Assembly (NCBI RefSeq): GCF_006345805.1
Contig: NC_043000.1
Location: 18,600,001 to 18,664,000, forward strand
Source: Octopus sinensis
Lineage: Eukaryota
DNA length: 64,000 nucleotides
Reading direction: 5' to 3'
Within the stretch, counting starts at the first letter, position 1, and each line of letters begins with the position of its first letter. Made by a program: the position numbers and the translations under genes. Below, in pieces: positions 12,530 through 25,279 of the stretch. The notes beneath the pieces are model-generated. The model was not told the origin of the DNA and ran no database searches. It saw nothing but the letters and a program-made list of their open reading frames with translations.

Positions 12530-12935
12530 AATGGACCTAGTGGTGGTGGACAAGGTGCACCACATAATGCTATATAGTAGACGTTGCATGCCCCTTTGAC
12601 CCACGAATAGTCAAGAAAGAAGAAAAAAGATTGATAGATATAGCCTTCCTATGTACAAAATAGCCTGGCTATGGAAAATGAAGAAGGTGAAGATAGAGCC
12701 AATTATTGTTGGGTCCTTGGGAACAGTATCAGAAGGCATCAAGAGGAATATAAAGGAAATTGGAATAGAGTGCCTAGTAGAACTGTTACAAAAGGTTCTT
12801 CCCCCTTGGCATGGCCAGAATAATCAGGAAAGTATTAGCTCAAAAGAATGAATGGCATGGTACCGTAGGTTGCAGGTAGTAAGCCTGCTACACATACAAG
12901 ACTCCAGGAGCTCCAACAAAATCTGTGATAAAGAG
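12530..12935 (+). pseudogene. R4/Dong-like LINE 3' end (restriction-like endonuclease) plus 3' UTR
   Basis: DLVVVDK...IVDVACPFDPRIVKKEEKKIDRY...KIEPIIVGSLGTV...LLQKV: PD-(D/E)xK RLE signature; frameshifted; UTR recurs at 13690-13845. Confidence 0.75.
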
Positions 12936-13419
12936 ATAATGGTATAAAAGATGGACTACAGCAAATATTCTGCTCAACATCAGATTTGCTTGACCATAAA
13001 TAGTCGAACATGTCCCTCCTTAGTGGCTGATGATATGTGCATCTCTAATCATGAGCAGAAGTAGTGGGGGAGCATCATAGTCATGTATTGAGAGGAATTA
13101 TTTGGGGTTTGAATAATTCACCTCTAGAAACATGGGTGTTTTGTTCATCATTTTGAGCAGGATGGGCTACTCAACCTGAAGAAAATTCTAACTGGGCCCC
13201 ATCTGCAAGGTCATGCACTGTTTATCTTGACAAGAGATCACCATGCCATGCACATATGGTTGTGATGCATGTGCTTGGTGTACCCTTATCAGACAGGTAG
13301 CCATGATGTTTATATTGAGCTTTGTATATTTGCACCCCAGTGTCACTTTGATGGTATGCGCTGCTCTCTCACTCGATAATAATAATCCTTTCTGCTATAG
13401 GCACAGGGTCTGAAACTTG

Positions 13420-13605
13420 TGAGGAGGGGACTGGTCAATTACATCGACCCCAGTGTGTAACTGGTACTTAATTTATCAACCCTGAAAGGATGAAAGGCAA
13501 AGTCGACCTTGGCGGAATTTGAACTCAGAATGTGAAGACGGATAAAATACCGTTAAGCACCTTGCCTAGCATTCTAATGATTCTGTCAGCTTGCTGCCTT
13601 ACTCT
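13420..13605 (-). mobile_element. SINE-C
   Basis: Reverse-complement match to the SINE-C core and head. Confidence 0.7.
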
Positions 13606-14782
13606 TTTACTTGTTTCAGTCATTTGACTGCGGCCATGCTGGAGCACCGCCTTTTAGTTGAGCAAATCGACCCCAGGACTTATAATAGAGTACCCAGTAG
13701 AGCTGTTACAAAAAGTTTGCCTCTTCAGCATGAGCATAATCATCAGATAGTTGGAAAAAAACCCCCAAAAAACAGATAGCATGGTACTGTAGGCTGCAGG
13801 TAGCAAACCCACTACATATGCAAGACTCCTGAAGTTCCAATAAAACTGGAGTTCATCGACCCTGGAAGGGTGAAAGGCAAAGTCAACCTCAATGGAATTT
13901 GAACTCAGAACATAATAATAATCAGATATTAAAAATATTTGAAGAAAAAAAAAACTAAGCCATCATCATCATCATAAATTTAAATCGGCCAAAGATGGAA
14001 GCCTTAATATGGTCGCTTGACTTGTTGGAAAAGCAGCCAAATCTCCAGTAAATCATATCCTACCACTTTAAGAAAGGACTTTGGATAACGTAATCCTGAG
14101 TACACAAAACAGAATGGTCATGGTTGAATTGTCTTTGATCATAGCTCTATTTGATTTTGGTTAAAATGGGTCTAGACAAAGTTTTTTTTTCATGTTTACA
14201 TGGCTTACAAAAATGTCTAAGCTATGTCAATATACCAACACTGCCATCATAACCAAGCTAGAGATATGTTCCACTTAGTCTAAGCTTTGCCCACTGCATC
14301 TTTCATTACCATTCTGTGGCATGGTTTACAGACACATTATCCATTCATATTATAATGTTTTGGGCCAAGAAGGGAGTCTCCACATAATTGCTCTATCTGC
14401 TAAAAATAACAACCAAATATTCATCAAGTTACACCATGTAATCCAATAAATAAATAAATAAATAGAAAGACTGGGTGCTTCAGATAATGTAATCTCAGAT
14501 ACACTATGTCTGAAAATAAGAATACTTATGATTATGTCTGAAGTTTGAACACTGTGTTTTCCAGCATACAAATCAACATAGTATATAATGTAATCAAATA
14601 TTTAGCTTCATTATGTTACAGTGTTACATGTAGTTTCAACAATTAATTGTAGTCCCATTTGGTCCCCCACTTACAGTTAGACAGACTGGTTGTTGAAAGT
14701 TTTGACCACTGATACATGATAATACTCACAACAGGATATAAAAGCAACTGTCTTGGTTCGTATCCACTCATCACTTGAAAAC

Positions 14783-15097
14783 ATCATCATCATCATTTAG
14801 CGTCCGTTTTCCATGCTAGCATGGGTTGGACGGTTCAACTGGGGTCTGTGAAGCCGGAAGGCTGCATCAGGCCCAGTCTGATCTGGCAGTGTTTCTACGG
14901 CTGGATGCCCTTCCTAACGTCAACCACTCTGTGAGTGTAGTGGGTGCTTTTTACGTGCCACCTGCACAGGTGCCAGACGGAGCTGGAAAACGGCTACGAA
15001 CGGATGGTGCTTTTACGTGCCACCGGCACGGGGGCCAGGCGGGGCTGGCAACGGACACGAACGGATGGTGCTTTTACGTGCCACTGGCACGGGGGCC
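14783..15097 (-). mobile_element. RTE 3'-tail copy with ~60-bp tandem units
   Basis: catcatcatcatttagcgtccgttttccatgc...; three ggtgcttttacgtgccac units. Confidence 0.85.
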
Positions 15098-15565
15098 CAC
15101 GTAATAAATACAAACTTATACCACTATCATCATCTTATAATGCCCATGTTCCATGCTGGCATGGGTTGGACAGTTTGATAGAAACCAAGGGGTCCAAGGG
15201 CTGGATTGTGCTCCAGTGTCTGCTTTGACATAGTTTCAATGGTTGGATGCCCTTCTATTTTACAGTGTGTACTGGATGCATTTTTCATAAGGTTGTCATG
15301 CAGCTTGCAAGACCATGAGCCTCAAGTGGAGTGGCTTTATGCTAGGTATCGAAGGGTGAAAGTATGAGGAGAGACCAGAGTTGCTGTTGATGTAACTACA
15401 TGACTAGTCATATTTTAGACTAGAGGGTGGGAGTGATTGGATGGTACTGGAAAGAGATAAAAATAGTGGCAATGAGATAAAGATCAACTCAAAACTTATA
15501 GGTGCAGCCATGGCTATGTGGTTAAAAAGTTCACTTTTCTACTATAATATGAAGCAGCCCAATGC

Positions 15566-15965
15566 TTTACTCTTTACTCTTTTACTTGCTTCAGTCATTT
15601 GACTGTGGCCATGCTGGAGCACCGCCTTTAGTCGAGCAAATCGACCCCGGGACTTATTCTTTGTAAGCCCAGTACTTATTTTATCGTTCTCTTTTGCCGA
15701 ACCGCTAAGTGACGGGGACGTAAACACACCAGCATCGGTTGTCAAGCGATGGTGGGGGAGACAAACACAGACACACAAACACACACACACATATACATAT
15801 ATACGACAGGCTTCTTTCAGTTTCCATCTACCAAATCCACTCACAAGGCATTGGTCGGCCTGGGGCTATAGCAGAAGACACTTGCCCAAGATGCCACGCA
15901 GTGGGACTGAACCCGGAACCATGTGGTTGGTTAGCAAGCTACTTACCACACAGCCACTCCTGTGC
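15566..15965 (-). mobile_element. SINE-A full length
   Basis: Complete reverse-complement copy. Confidence 0.85.
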
Positions 15966-16661
15966 TTTGTGAGTGAATTTGGTAGATGGAAACTGTAAAG
16001 GACCATAGAGATATGTTTGTGTGTGTCAGAGTGCATTTGTGTGAGTGTGTGTGTGTGTGTGTGCTTGTGCATGTATGTCTGTGTAAGTGTTTTACATTCT
16101 GTGCTTCAGACAAAAATCACTGGGTTAGGTATGGTGACACTTGGGACATTTCCATTTCAACAAATCATCTGCTAGCTCTGCACATCTAAAAATAGGCATA
16201 AACTCCTTTATTTGAAAGATGGCTAAGGGTTAATAATGGGAAGGGTATGTGGCTGTAAAACAATGCCTCAGTAACATGTAACCACCTAACCCATGCTAAC
16301 ATGGAAGACTAGATGTGAAACTAACAAATAAAATAACAATGGTTTCACATTTTGCTACAAGGGCAGCAATTTTGGTGGGAGGGGATGAGTCAATTACATT
16401 GACACCAGTGTTCAACTGGTACTTATTTTATCAACCCTGAAAAGATGAAAGGCAAAGTCAATCTTGGTGGAATTTGGACTCAGAATATTAAAGACGGGTG
16501 AAATGCTGATAAGCATTTGCCAGGCATGCTAACTATTCTGCTAATTTGCTGCCAAATAATAATAATAATAATATCCTTTTTTATATCGACAGGAATAAGA
16601 TGATCCAAATGTGTTCGTTTCTTTAATTTCTTTCTATGTATTGCTATCCAAATTTTCACAG

Positions 16662-16711
16662 GGAAAATAAAATACTCCTAAATAAACTTAGCTATGGAAG
16701 AGATGTTGCTG
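16662..16711 (+). CDS. Candidate coding micro-exon (ENKILLNKLSYGRDVA), product unknown
   Basis: Long pyrimidine tract ending ttttcacAG, open frame, donor CTG|gtaaat. Confidence 0.3.
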
Positions 16712-16734
16712 GTAAATGCAAATTTATTTGTCGT

Positions 16735-17214
16735 TGCTGGCGCCGGTGCCCCCTAGCTGGTTCCTGTACCGATGGCACATAAAAAGCACTATCTGAACAT
16801 GGTCAATGCCAGGTCCACCCGACTGGCTCCTACACTGGTGGCATGTAAAAAGCACTATCTGAACATGTTCATTGCCAGGCCCACCTTACCAGCTCTGGTG
16901 CTGGTGCATGTAAAAAGCACCAACCGATTGTGACCGATGCCAGTACCCCTGACTGGCTCCTGTGCCAGTGGCACGTAAAAAGCACCATCCAAACATGATT
17001 GTTGCCAGGCCCACCTTACTGGCTCATGTGCCGGTAGCACGTAAAAAGCACCCACTACACTCTCGGAGTGGTTGGCATTAGGAAGGGTATCCAGCTGTAG
17101 AAACTCTGCCAGACCAGATTGGGGCCTGGTGCAGCTGCTGGCTCTCCAGTCCTCAGTCAAACCATTCAACCCATGCCAGCTTGGAAAACGGACATTAATC
17201 GATGATGATGATGA
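16735..17214 (+). mobile_element. RTE 3'-tail copy with 5 tandem units
   Basis: Repeated ggcacgtaaaaagcacc units, then the family D tail and (GAT)n. Confidence 0.85.
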
Positions 17215-17821
17215 TAAGAATGGGATGGGTTTTTAATTGTATAATTCTGTCAATATTCATCAATTCTATTCTTGAAATGATGAATTTTTTAATTTGATCC
17301 AGTCGCATAATATTTTGTGCATATCATATTCTTATACATTGAAGTTATATCTTTTTCATTTAAGTATAACTTGCATGATGATGTGGCCTACTGGTCAAGC
17401 TATAATTATCAAAAGCACAGGGTTTCTTATTTATTTCATACTTTTGTTATTGTCATCTATGCACAAGCAAGCATGATATTGAAATAGCAAATGACTGAAA
17501 TATGGACACTGTGTTGTCCAGTATACAAATCAATGAAGTATATAACGTAATCATTCAAATATTGTTACTATCTTTTCAAATCCTACTGCATTTCATTTGG
17601 AATTTTTGGCCTCCCAAAATCAACTTGATATAAAAGTTGGCCTACCTTTTTTTTAGGCTGTAAATTTTGGTCTGAAAAATTGTGATTTGCATGTTGGAAA
17701 ATATGGTATCAGTAAATATCAACAAACCATTCACTGATTGTTTAGCCCCAATTCTCCCAGTACTGGTCAAATTGATCTGAGAAGTAAACCCTTGTAAATC
17801 TGAGCTGGTCGTTATGTTGAA

Positions 17822-18205
17822 TGGAAGCACTCCATCGGTTACGACGACGAGGGTTCCAGTTGATCCGAATCAACGGAACAGCCTGCTCGTGAAATTAACG
17901 TGTAAGTGGCTGAGCACTCCACAGACACGTGTACCCTTAACGTAGTTCTCGGGGATATTCAGCGTGACACAGAGAGTGACAAGGCCGGCCCTTTGAAAAA
18001 ATACAGGTACAACAGAAACAGGAAGTAAGAGTGAGAGAAAGTTGTGGTGAAAGAGTACAGCAGGGATCACCACCATCCCCTGCCGGAGCCTTGTGGAGCT
18101 TTAGGTGTTTTCGCTCAATAAACACTCACAACGCCCGGTCTGGGAATCGAAACCGCGATCCTATGACCGCGAGTCCGCTGCCCTAACCACTGGGCCATTG
18201 TGCCT
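17822..18205 (-). mobile_element. SINE-B full length
   Basis: Near-consensus copy. Confidence 0.9.
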
Positions 18206-18503
18206 TCACATTATGTTGAATACAATGGGCAGGGATGAAATCAATGTTCTGATGTGTTGTCCCTCCAATATCCAGGCAACATCGGGTGAGGACCTTTAAA
18301 TTGTTAGGTCTCCTATTTCATTTAGTGGTAGAAATGACATGAATGACTAAGCAACTGAAATACCTGGCAGAACGTCCAGTTGACATGCTTTGCAATGACT
18401 AAATTAATCTACCCCTTTGTACAACTGCAGTGTACCAGATTTGTCTCTGGATCCAGTCAAACTGTCATCCATTAATACTGTTCTATTCATTAATACTGTT
18501 CTA

Positions 18504-18861
18504 TGCCCAGTGGTTAGGGCAGCGGACTCGCGGTTTCGATTCCCAGACCGGGCGTTGTGAGTGTTTATTGAGCGAAAACACCTAAAGCTCCACGAGGCTC
18601 CAGCAGGGGATGGTGGTGATCCCTACTGTACTCTTTCACCACAACTTTCTCTCACTCTTACTTCCTGTTTCTGTTGTACCTGTATTTCAAAGGGCCGGCC
18701 TTGTCACTCTCTGTGTCACGCTGAATATCCCCGAGAACTACGTTAAGGGTACACGTGTCTGTGGAGTGCTCAGCCACTTACACGTTAATTTCACGAGCAG
18801 GCTGTTCCGTTGATTCGGATCAACCGGAACCCTCGTCGTCATAACCGACGGAGTGCTTCCA
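18504..18861 (+). mobile_element. SINE-B
   Basis: Near-consensus copy with a short head deletion. Confidence 0.9.
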
Positions 18862-19384
18862 TCCATCTATTCACCCATACTTTCAAAGGTCACACACCCC
18901 ACTAATCTCCTTCTCACCATCATGTCTCTTACCTTTTTCATGCACAACACCTGTCTCTGTATACAGAGTTGATTATCTCACTACTATGGATAAAGAGGAC
19001 ACAAACAGACATATCTAATGTTAGTTTCATTGACAGTTTTCAGGTACAGGTTAACCAACTGAAAAAAAACTGGAAGACATGGAAATCAGATTATCTGACC
19101 TTGCACTATCAGCATGTAGTTTATCACTGCACACTTCATTGACATTGGTTGACAGGGTACCACAAGAGCATCTTCATCCATAGACTTAAATGCTGCCTTG
19201 TTTCAGAGGAATGGGATGAAGTGGAAAAGGTTGAACTTAGGATCCTGAATCTCATGGAGGTGATTACAAAGGACCAGGATGACTAGCAATATATGGTTCT
19301 CAAGAAGACATGCCCATCTAGGTGAAACTGAGCTCTGGTAGAGCTGTGTGCATGTGTGTGTACATATATATATATATATTATAT

Positions 19385-19562
19385 ATATATATTATTTCTA
19401 CTATAGGCACAAGGCCTGGATTTTGTGGGGAGGGGAGACAGCCGATCATATCAACCACAGTATTCAACTGGTACTTAATTTATCGACCCCGAAAGGATGA
19501 AAGGCAAAGTTGTCCTCGGCAGAATTTGAACTCAGAACGTGGCGGCAGGTGAAATACCACAA
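19385..19562 (-). mobile_element. SINE-C
   Basis: cgaccccgaaaggatgaaaggcaaagt...gaactcagaac core. Confidence 0.75.
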
Positions 19563-19596
19563 AGCATTATATACACATATATATATATATGTATAT

Positions 19597-19634
<38 letters not shown>

Positions 19635-19764
19635 GCATGCACATCTGAGCCCTTCACCAATTTCCTTCCTCTTCAAGACATCCCCATTATCCATTACATC
19701 CTTTAACAGCACCTCTTACTTCTTTCACTACCCAGCACCAATTCCCTTGTTATCCACCCTTCAT

Positions 19765-20885
19765 CCATTAATACTGTTCTCTCCACCCATACTTTCATTG
19801 GTCACACACCCAACTGATCTACCTTCTCACCACCATGTCTCTTGCCTTTTTTTAATGCACAACACCTGCCTCTCTCTTCCCAACCAATTCCTGTATATTT
19901 TTATTAATACCAGTCTCCGTGCATAAAGCCGTTCCTCAGGGCTCGTAATCTTGCAAACTGCATGGCAGTCTTACTAATGAAGGTTGCACATGAAAAACAC
20001 CCAGTATACATTGCAGAGTGGTTGGCATTAGGAAAGGCATCCACTCAAAGAAACCATGCCAAAGTAGACACAAGAACATGATTCAGTCCTTGGGGCCACT
20101 GGATCCAGTCAAACCGTCATCCATTAATGGAAGCACTCCGTCGGTTACGATCAACGGAACAGCCTGCTCGTCAAATTAACGTGTAAGTGGCTGAGCACTC
20201 CACAGACACGTGTACCTTTAACGTAGTTCTCGGGGATATTCAGCGTGACACAGGGAGTGACAAGGCCGGCCCCTTGAAATACAGGTACAACAGAAACAGG
20301 AAGTAAGAGTGAGAGAAAGTTGTGGTGAAAGAGTACAGCAGGGATCACCACCATCCCCTGCCGGAGCCTCGTGGAGCTTTTAGGTGTTTTCGCTCAATAA
20401 ACACTCACAACGCCCGGTCTGGGAATCGAAACCGCGATCCTACGACCGCGAGTCCGCTGCCCCTAACCACTGGGCCATTGCGCCTCCACCATCCATCCAT
20501 TAATACTGTTCTATTCATCATACTTTCATTGGTCACACACCCCACTAATATCCTTCTCACCACCATGTCTCTTGCCTTTTTTTAATGCACAACACCTGTC
20601 TCTGTCTTCCCAACCAATTCCTGTATATTTTTATTAATACCAGTCTCCTTGCATAAAGTCGTTCCTCAGGGCTCATAGTCTTGCAAACTGCATGGCAGTC
20701 TTACTAATAAAGGTTGCATACGAAAAGCAACTAGTATACTCTGTAGAGTGGTTGGTATTAGGAAGGGCATCCAGCCTAAGAAACCATGCCAAAGTGGTCA
20801 TAAGAACACAATTCAGTCCTTGGGGCCACTGGATCCAGTCAAATCGTTCAACTAGTGTGGAACACGGACGTTAAATGATTATGAT
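19765..20885 (+). repeat. ~360-bp direct tandem duplication (19765-20125 and 20490-20850) split by a SINE-B
   Basis: Both units read catccattaatactgttct...ggatccagtcaaa, ~85-90% identical by eye. Confidence 0.8.
20128..20488 (-). mobile_element. SINE-B
   Basis: Near-consensus copy. Confidence 0.9.
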
Positions 20886-20909
20886 TTTTGTTTTAAACCA
20901 TACCAATGC

Positions 20910-20955
<46 letters not shown>

Positions 20956-20972
20956 CAAGGAAACTGACATAC

Positions 20973-21460
20973 GGAGCATTTGCACAAAATCAACACGGTC
21001 GTGCACAGTTGGCTTGCTTCACGCGATCCACGGAACAATGTCTGACTCAACTGCCTTCAACTGTCCTAGGAATTCCCAGACTAGTGCTAAGCTAGACAAT
21101 GGTGCTACCTTTCGACTTGGATCCCACCAGACTGGACCGCCGTGATGGTAAACAATCCGGATGGATGACCTGCTTTCGTACTCCACAGTCGCTGACAACC
21201 ACAAGTGCGAGGCTGCATTCTAGTCGTCGAGTACCGCAGCGAGGGCCGAGAAAAGCAAGCGATGCATGCAGTATGGCTACGAGACATATATCTTCGAACA
21301 GGGTAGGAGCTGGAGACTAGCTTCGCTGGTAAATCGCCGAAGATTTTTATTAACGTCATCGGGCAAAGGTAGTTTAAGCGACGGGTAGAGAGGTTTTATG
21401 AATTAGATAGAGTATTAGGAATTGACTTGGCAGGTGTCCGTGATGATATTTTGTCTACCA
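20973..21460 (-). other. CpG-rich unique segment ending in a minus-strand splice donor (candidate UTR or first exon)
   Basis: Elevated GC/CpG; ctcc|gtatgt donor followed by a (CT)n tract; stops in all three frames. Confidence 0.3.
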
Positions 21461-21871
21461 GTGTGTGTTGCTCGATAGAGGAAAAGAATAACGACAAATT
21501 CTAATTTTGTTTTTCGAAAAAAGTAAATTGTTAGTACCATTCTTAAAAAATTATTATGAGGGAATTTTTTTTAAATACGCCTATATAATGTAAACATGAG
21601 TTATTTGATAAGCTACTTTGGATTGGACTTCTTAGCTGAGGTAATTCATTCTTACCACATAGAGCATATTGTCCGAAGAATTTGGACTTTAAACATGTGG
21701 TCATTTTAAAAATAAATGTGGAGATTTGAATAGAAAGTATGATTATATTAAGTCCCTACCCCGCCTCGCATTAGAATTTATGTGGAAAGACAGCAGTGAG
21801 ATGAAACAGTTTAAAGTTTCTAAGCTAAATGAGGTTTTTACTTTCCTTTTCTTACTTTTAAAAGGAAATGA

Positions 21872-22625
21872 GGCGATCTTTCGTCTCTAGTAGACCTTTC
21901 CGTCGATTACACAACATACTGTCTGTCTCCCACACCCCATCAAACACACACACACATGTACATCAATGCTCCCATGCACGGTAACTTCAAAAGAACTTCC
22001 CTCGTCATACAATCGCTTTCTCTTAGTCTCTTTCGCTCTCATTACTTCAAAAGTTCCCGCAAGCCCATATGTAAAAAAAATAATTTTTTTACGGAAATCG
22101 ACGGAAAGGTCTACTAGAGACGAAAGATTGCCGGAAATGAAAAAGCAAAAAAAAAAAAAAAAAAAAAAAAGGATCGGTAATATATAATAGAAGAGCGAAT
22201 TCAGTTCAACTATTTGAAGCACCTTCCCGCCTCATATAAAAAGGTCTTGTGATCAGCGAAAGGAAATGATTGCTGGGGAGAGGTAGAAAATGACGAAAAT
22301 ATATATTGAGGAGAAAATATATATAATGTATAATATGTAAACAGCTATTTTGCGAAGGAAAAATCGTATTTGTTTACGCGTTGAAGTATATAAACTAGGA
22401 AATATAAGTTAGAATTTTATAATATAAAAAAAAAAAAAAATGAAAGAAAAAAGAAAAATATATCACGAGAGAAAGGATTGATTATATTCATGAGAATGTC
22501 TTGTGAAGAATCGGTTGAAAGGCGATCTTTCGTCTCTTACTTCAAAAGTTCCCGCAAGCCCATATGTAAAAAAAAAAATTTTTACGGAAATCGACGGAAA
22601 GGTCTACTAGAGACGAAAGATTGCC
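21872..22625. repeat. 37-bp inverted repeat (21872-21908 / 22096-22132) plus a deleted direct duplicate (22521-22625)
   Basis: ggcgatctttcgtctctagtagacctttccgtcgatt is the near-perfect reverse complement of aatcgacggaaaggtctactagagacgaaagattgcc. Confidence 0.85.
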
Positions 22626-23274
22626 CGCTTCGCTTGAAATATTGTTACAAGTGATTTATTTAAATGATCGAAATCATTAAAGCTAAATATGCTATAAAGT
22701 ACAGAGGGAAAAATTGTCTCCCATTTATTAAATGTAGAGAAAAATCATAGGGAAAAAATACTGCTTAAATAAGAGAAATGAGGCGCATTTAACGTAAATG
22801 TAGTTTCCTCAAATATTCAGATGGATACAAGATGGGTCAAAAGATTTAAGCCGAGTTTAATAACAAAAAAAAAAAATAATAATTACGGCCACATATATAT
22901 GGTATATGTAAATAAATAAATATATATATGTATGTTGTGGAAAATGTGTTATTTATTATTAGCGTAATTAAAAATGAAAATAGAAACAAATCTGAAAAAA
23001 CCAATGTCCACTGCGCATATTTTAGTTCAGGCGAATGTTTTTCCTTTTCCATTAAAACTTTACCGCCTACGAAAAAAGTGTTAGCTTTAAAAATTATTTC
23101 TTCAGAATAATGATCTGCTAATGATAAGGAAAAATAAGGATTGAGGACAGAGGAAATAGGGAAACAAAAACAAAACAAAATTTGTATCGAAGAGATCTTC
23201 AATTATTATTATATAAATGAAATGAAAACTAATGTTGGTGAAAAAAAAACCTAATACATTCGTATCAAACTCTA

Positions 23275-23570
<296 letters not shown>

Positions 23571-24923
23571 TATAATTAGAGACACCTACGTAGTTTAGTA
23601 TTAAGTGATGCAAGGTCCATTTAATGCGAATATGTGCTTCGACGTAGTCACAAGATTATTTTATCAATTTACTCTCATGATTAAATAAATGTATCGAATG
23701 TGACAACACAATCGATAAAGTTTATCCCTATTATTATTATTATTATTATTATTTATCATAACATCACGAGTTGAACGTGAATCTATCCTTATATATATAA
23801 AAATTCGCCAACAGAGCAATTTATGTATGAGTATAAAAAAGAAAAAGAGAGAAAAAATATGAAATAGTTAAGGTAACCAAGCTTGTTTAGTGGACAGTCG
23901 ATAGAGAAAACAAACGATCGAAACGGTTTATTGGTATAACGGACAATCAATAAATAAATATAAGAGCATAAAAGGATAGGGAATATTTTAATTAGGGGAA
24001 AAATTTAGTATCAACAATCTTAAAGCAGAGACGGCGATCACAAAAGGAGGGTCAAAGAATAAAGAAACGTGACTTACGTGTGCTTCAGAGGATATCTTAA
24101 TATATTTAAATAAGACTTTGATGAAGGTCTTGGTCGTACATAATGAAAATATAGAGATGTACTGATCATTTTCATCTAATTTATTTACATTATCCAAAGC
24201 TAAACCAAATAACCTGGGAATTTCCCATATTCTAAGCGCACTCCCCCACCACTCTCTTTCTCTTACCTCTGCGGTGATAAGCAAAAAGCCAACCCTACTC
24301 GATTTAGTTCCATTTAATTAATAGTAATATTAATGAGGATTTCTGGAGCAGAAGACATTCAGTGAAATAATTTTACGGGAGACTTTTTGTCAATTAGATC
24401 GATTCTAACACTTGACTAATATTTATTTATTGACCTCAGAAGAATGAAAGCGAAGGACGACCCCGGTGGGATTTGAACTCAGATTGTAAAGGGACGTAAC
24501 TAAGTGTACGATTCGGAAACCACCGCCCTCAAATAGAAATGATTTTTAACAAAGGCATATGGGCTGTACTCTTTTGAAAAATAGAGTTAATTAAAGCTGC
24601 CAGTAATTGACTGCTACTTTTTTATTATCTACTCCAAGGGGATTTCAAATCAGAATGTAAAGCGACGTATCTAGATACGGTTCTAGTTCATTTGTAACTT
24701 ATGTAACAGTTTTGATTTTCGTTTGACATCTAATGATTTAACTTTCTTGCACTCCAATATTTTTTTTTTAAATCTCCCCTTTCATTTTTTACACTTTTAC
24801 TCCATAGTTACCTATTAATACTACAAAGTCACCATATCTTGATCTGCCTGTCAAAAATTCATCAAATTACACCCAATTAAAAAAGGTCAGGATACGTTCA
24901 ATAATACACTACTACATAATTGG

Positions 24924-25279
24924 TGGAGGCGCAATTAGGGCAGCGGACTCGCGGTCATAGGATCGCGGTTTCGATTCCCAGACCGGGCGTTGTTAGTGTT
25001 TATTGAGCGAAAACACATAAAAAAGCTCCACGAGGCTCTGGCAGGGGATGGTGGTGATCCCTGTTGTACTCTTTCACCACAACTTCTCTCACTCTTACTT
25101 CCTGTTTCTGTTGTACCTGTATTTCAAAGGGCCAGCCTTGTCACTCTCTGTGTCACGCTGAATATCCCCGAGAACTACGTTAAGGGTACCCGTGTCTGTG
25201 GAGTGCTCAACCACTTACACGTTAATTTCACGAGCAGGCTGTTCCGTTGATTCGGATCAACCGGAACCCTCGTCGTAAC
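24924..25279 (+). mobile_element. SINE-B with TSD
   Basis: Family match; acataattg flanks both ends. Confidence 0.9.

Noticed and set aside
11951-17671. snoRNA-host-gene idea for the short non-coding exons
   Set aside because: No convincing box C (RUGAUGA)/box D (CUGA) pair with terminal stem was found in the intervening introns.
18561-18813. Recurrent ORFs MFIERKHLKLHEAPAG.. / MVVIPAVLFHHNF..
   Set aside because: They are frames through SINE-B, repeated in every copy; no coding signature.
21019-21021. Possible selenocysteine TGA read-through in the minus-strand frame IVPWIA*SKPTVHD
   Set aside because: No recognisable selenoprotein motif or SECIS, and no start codon in frame.
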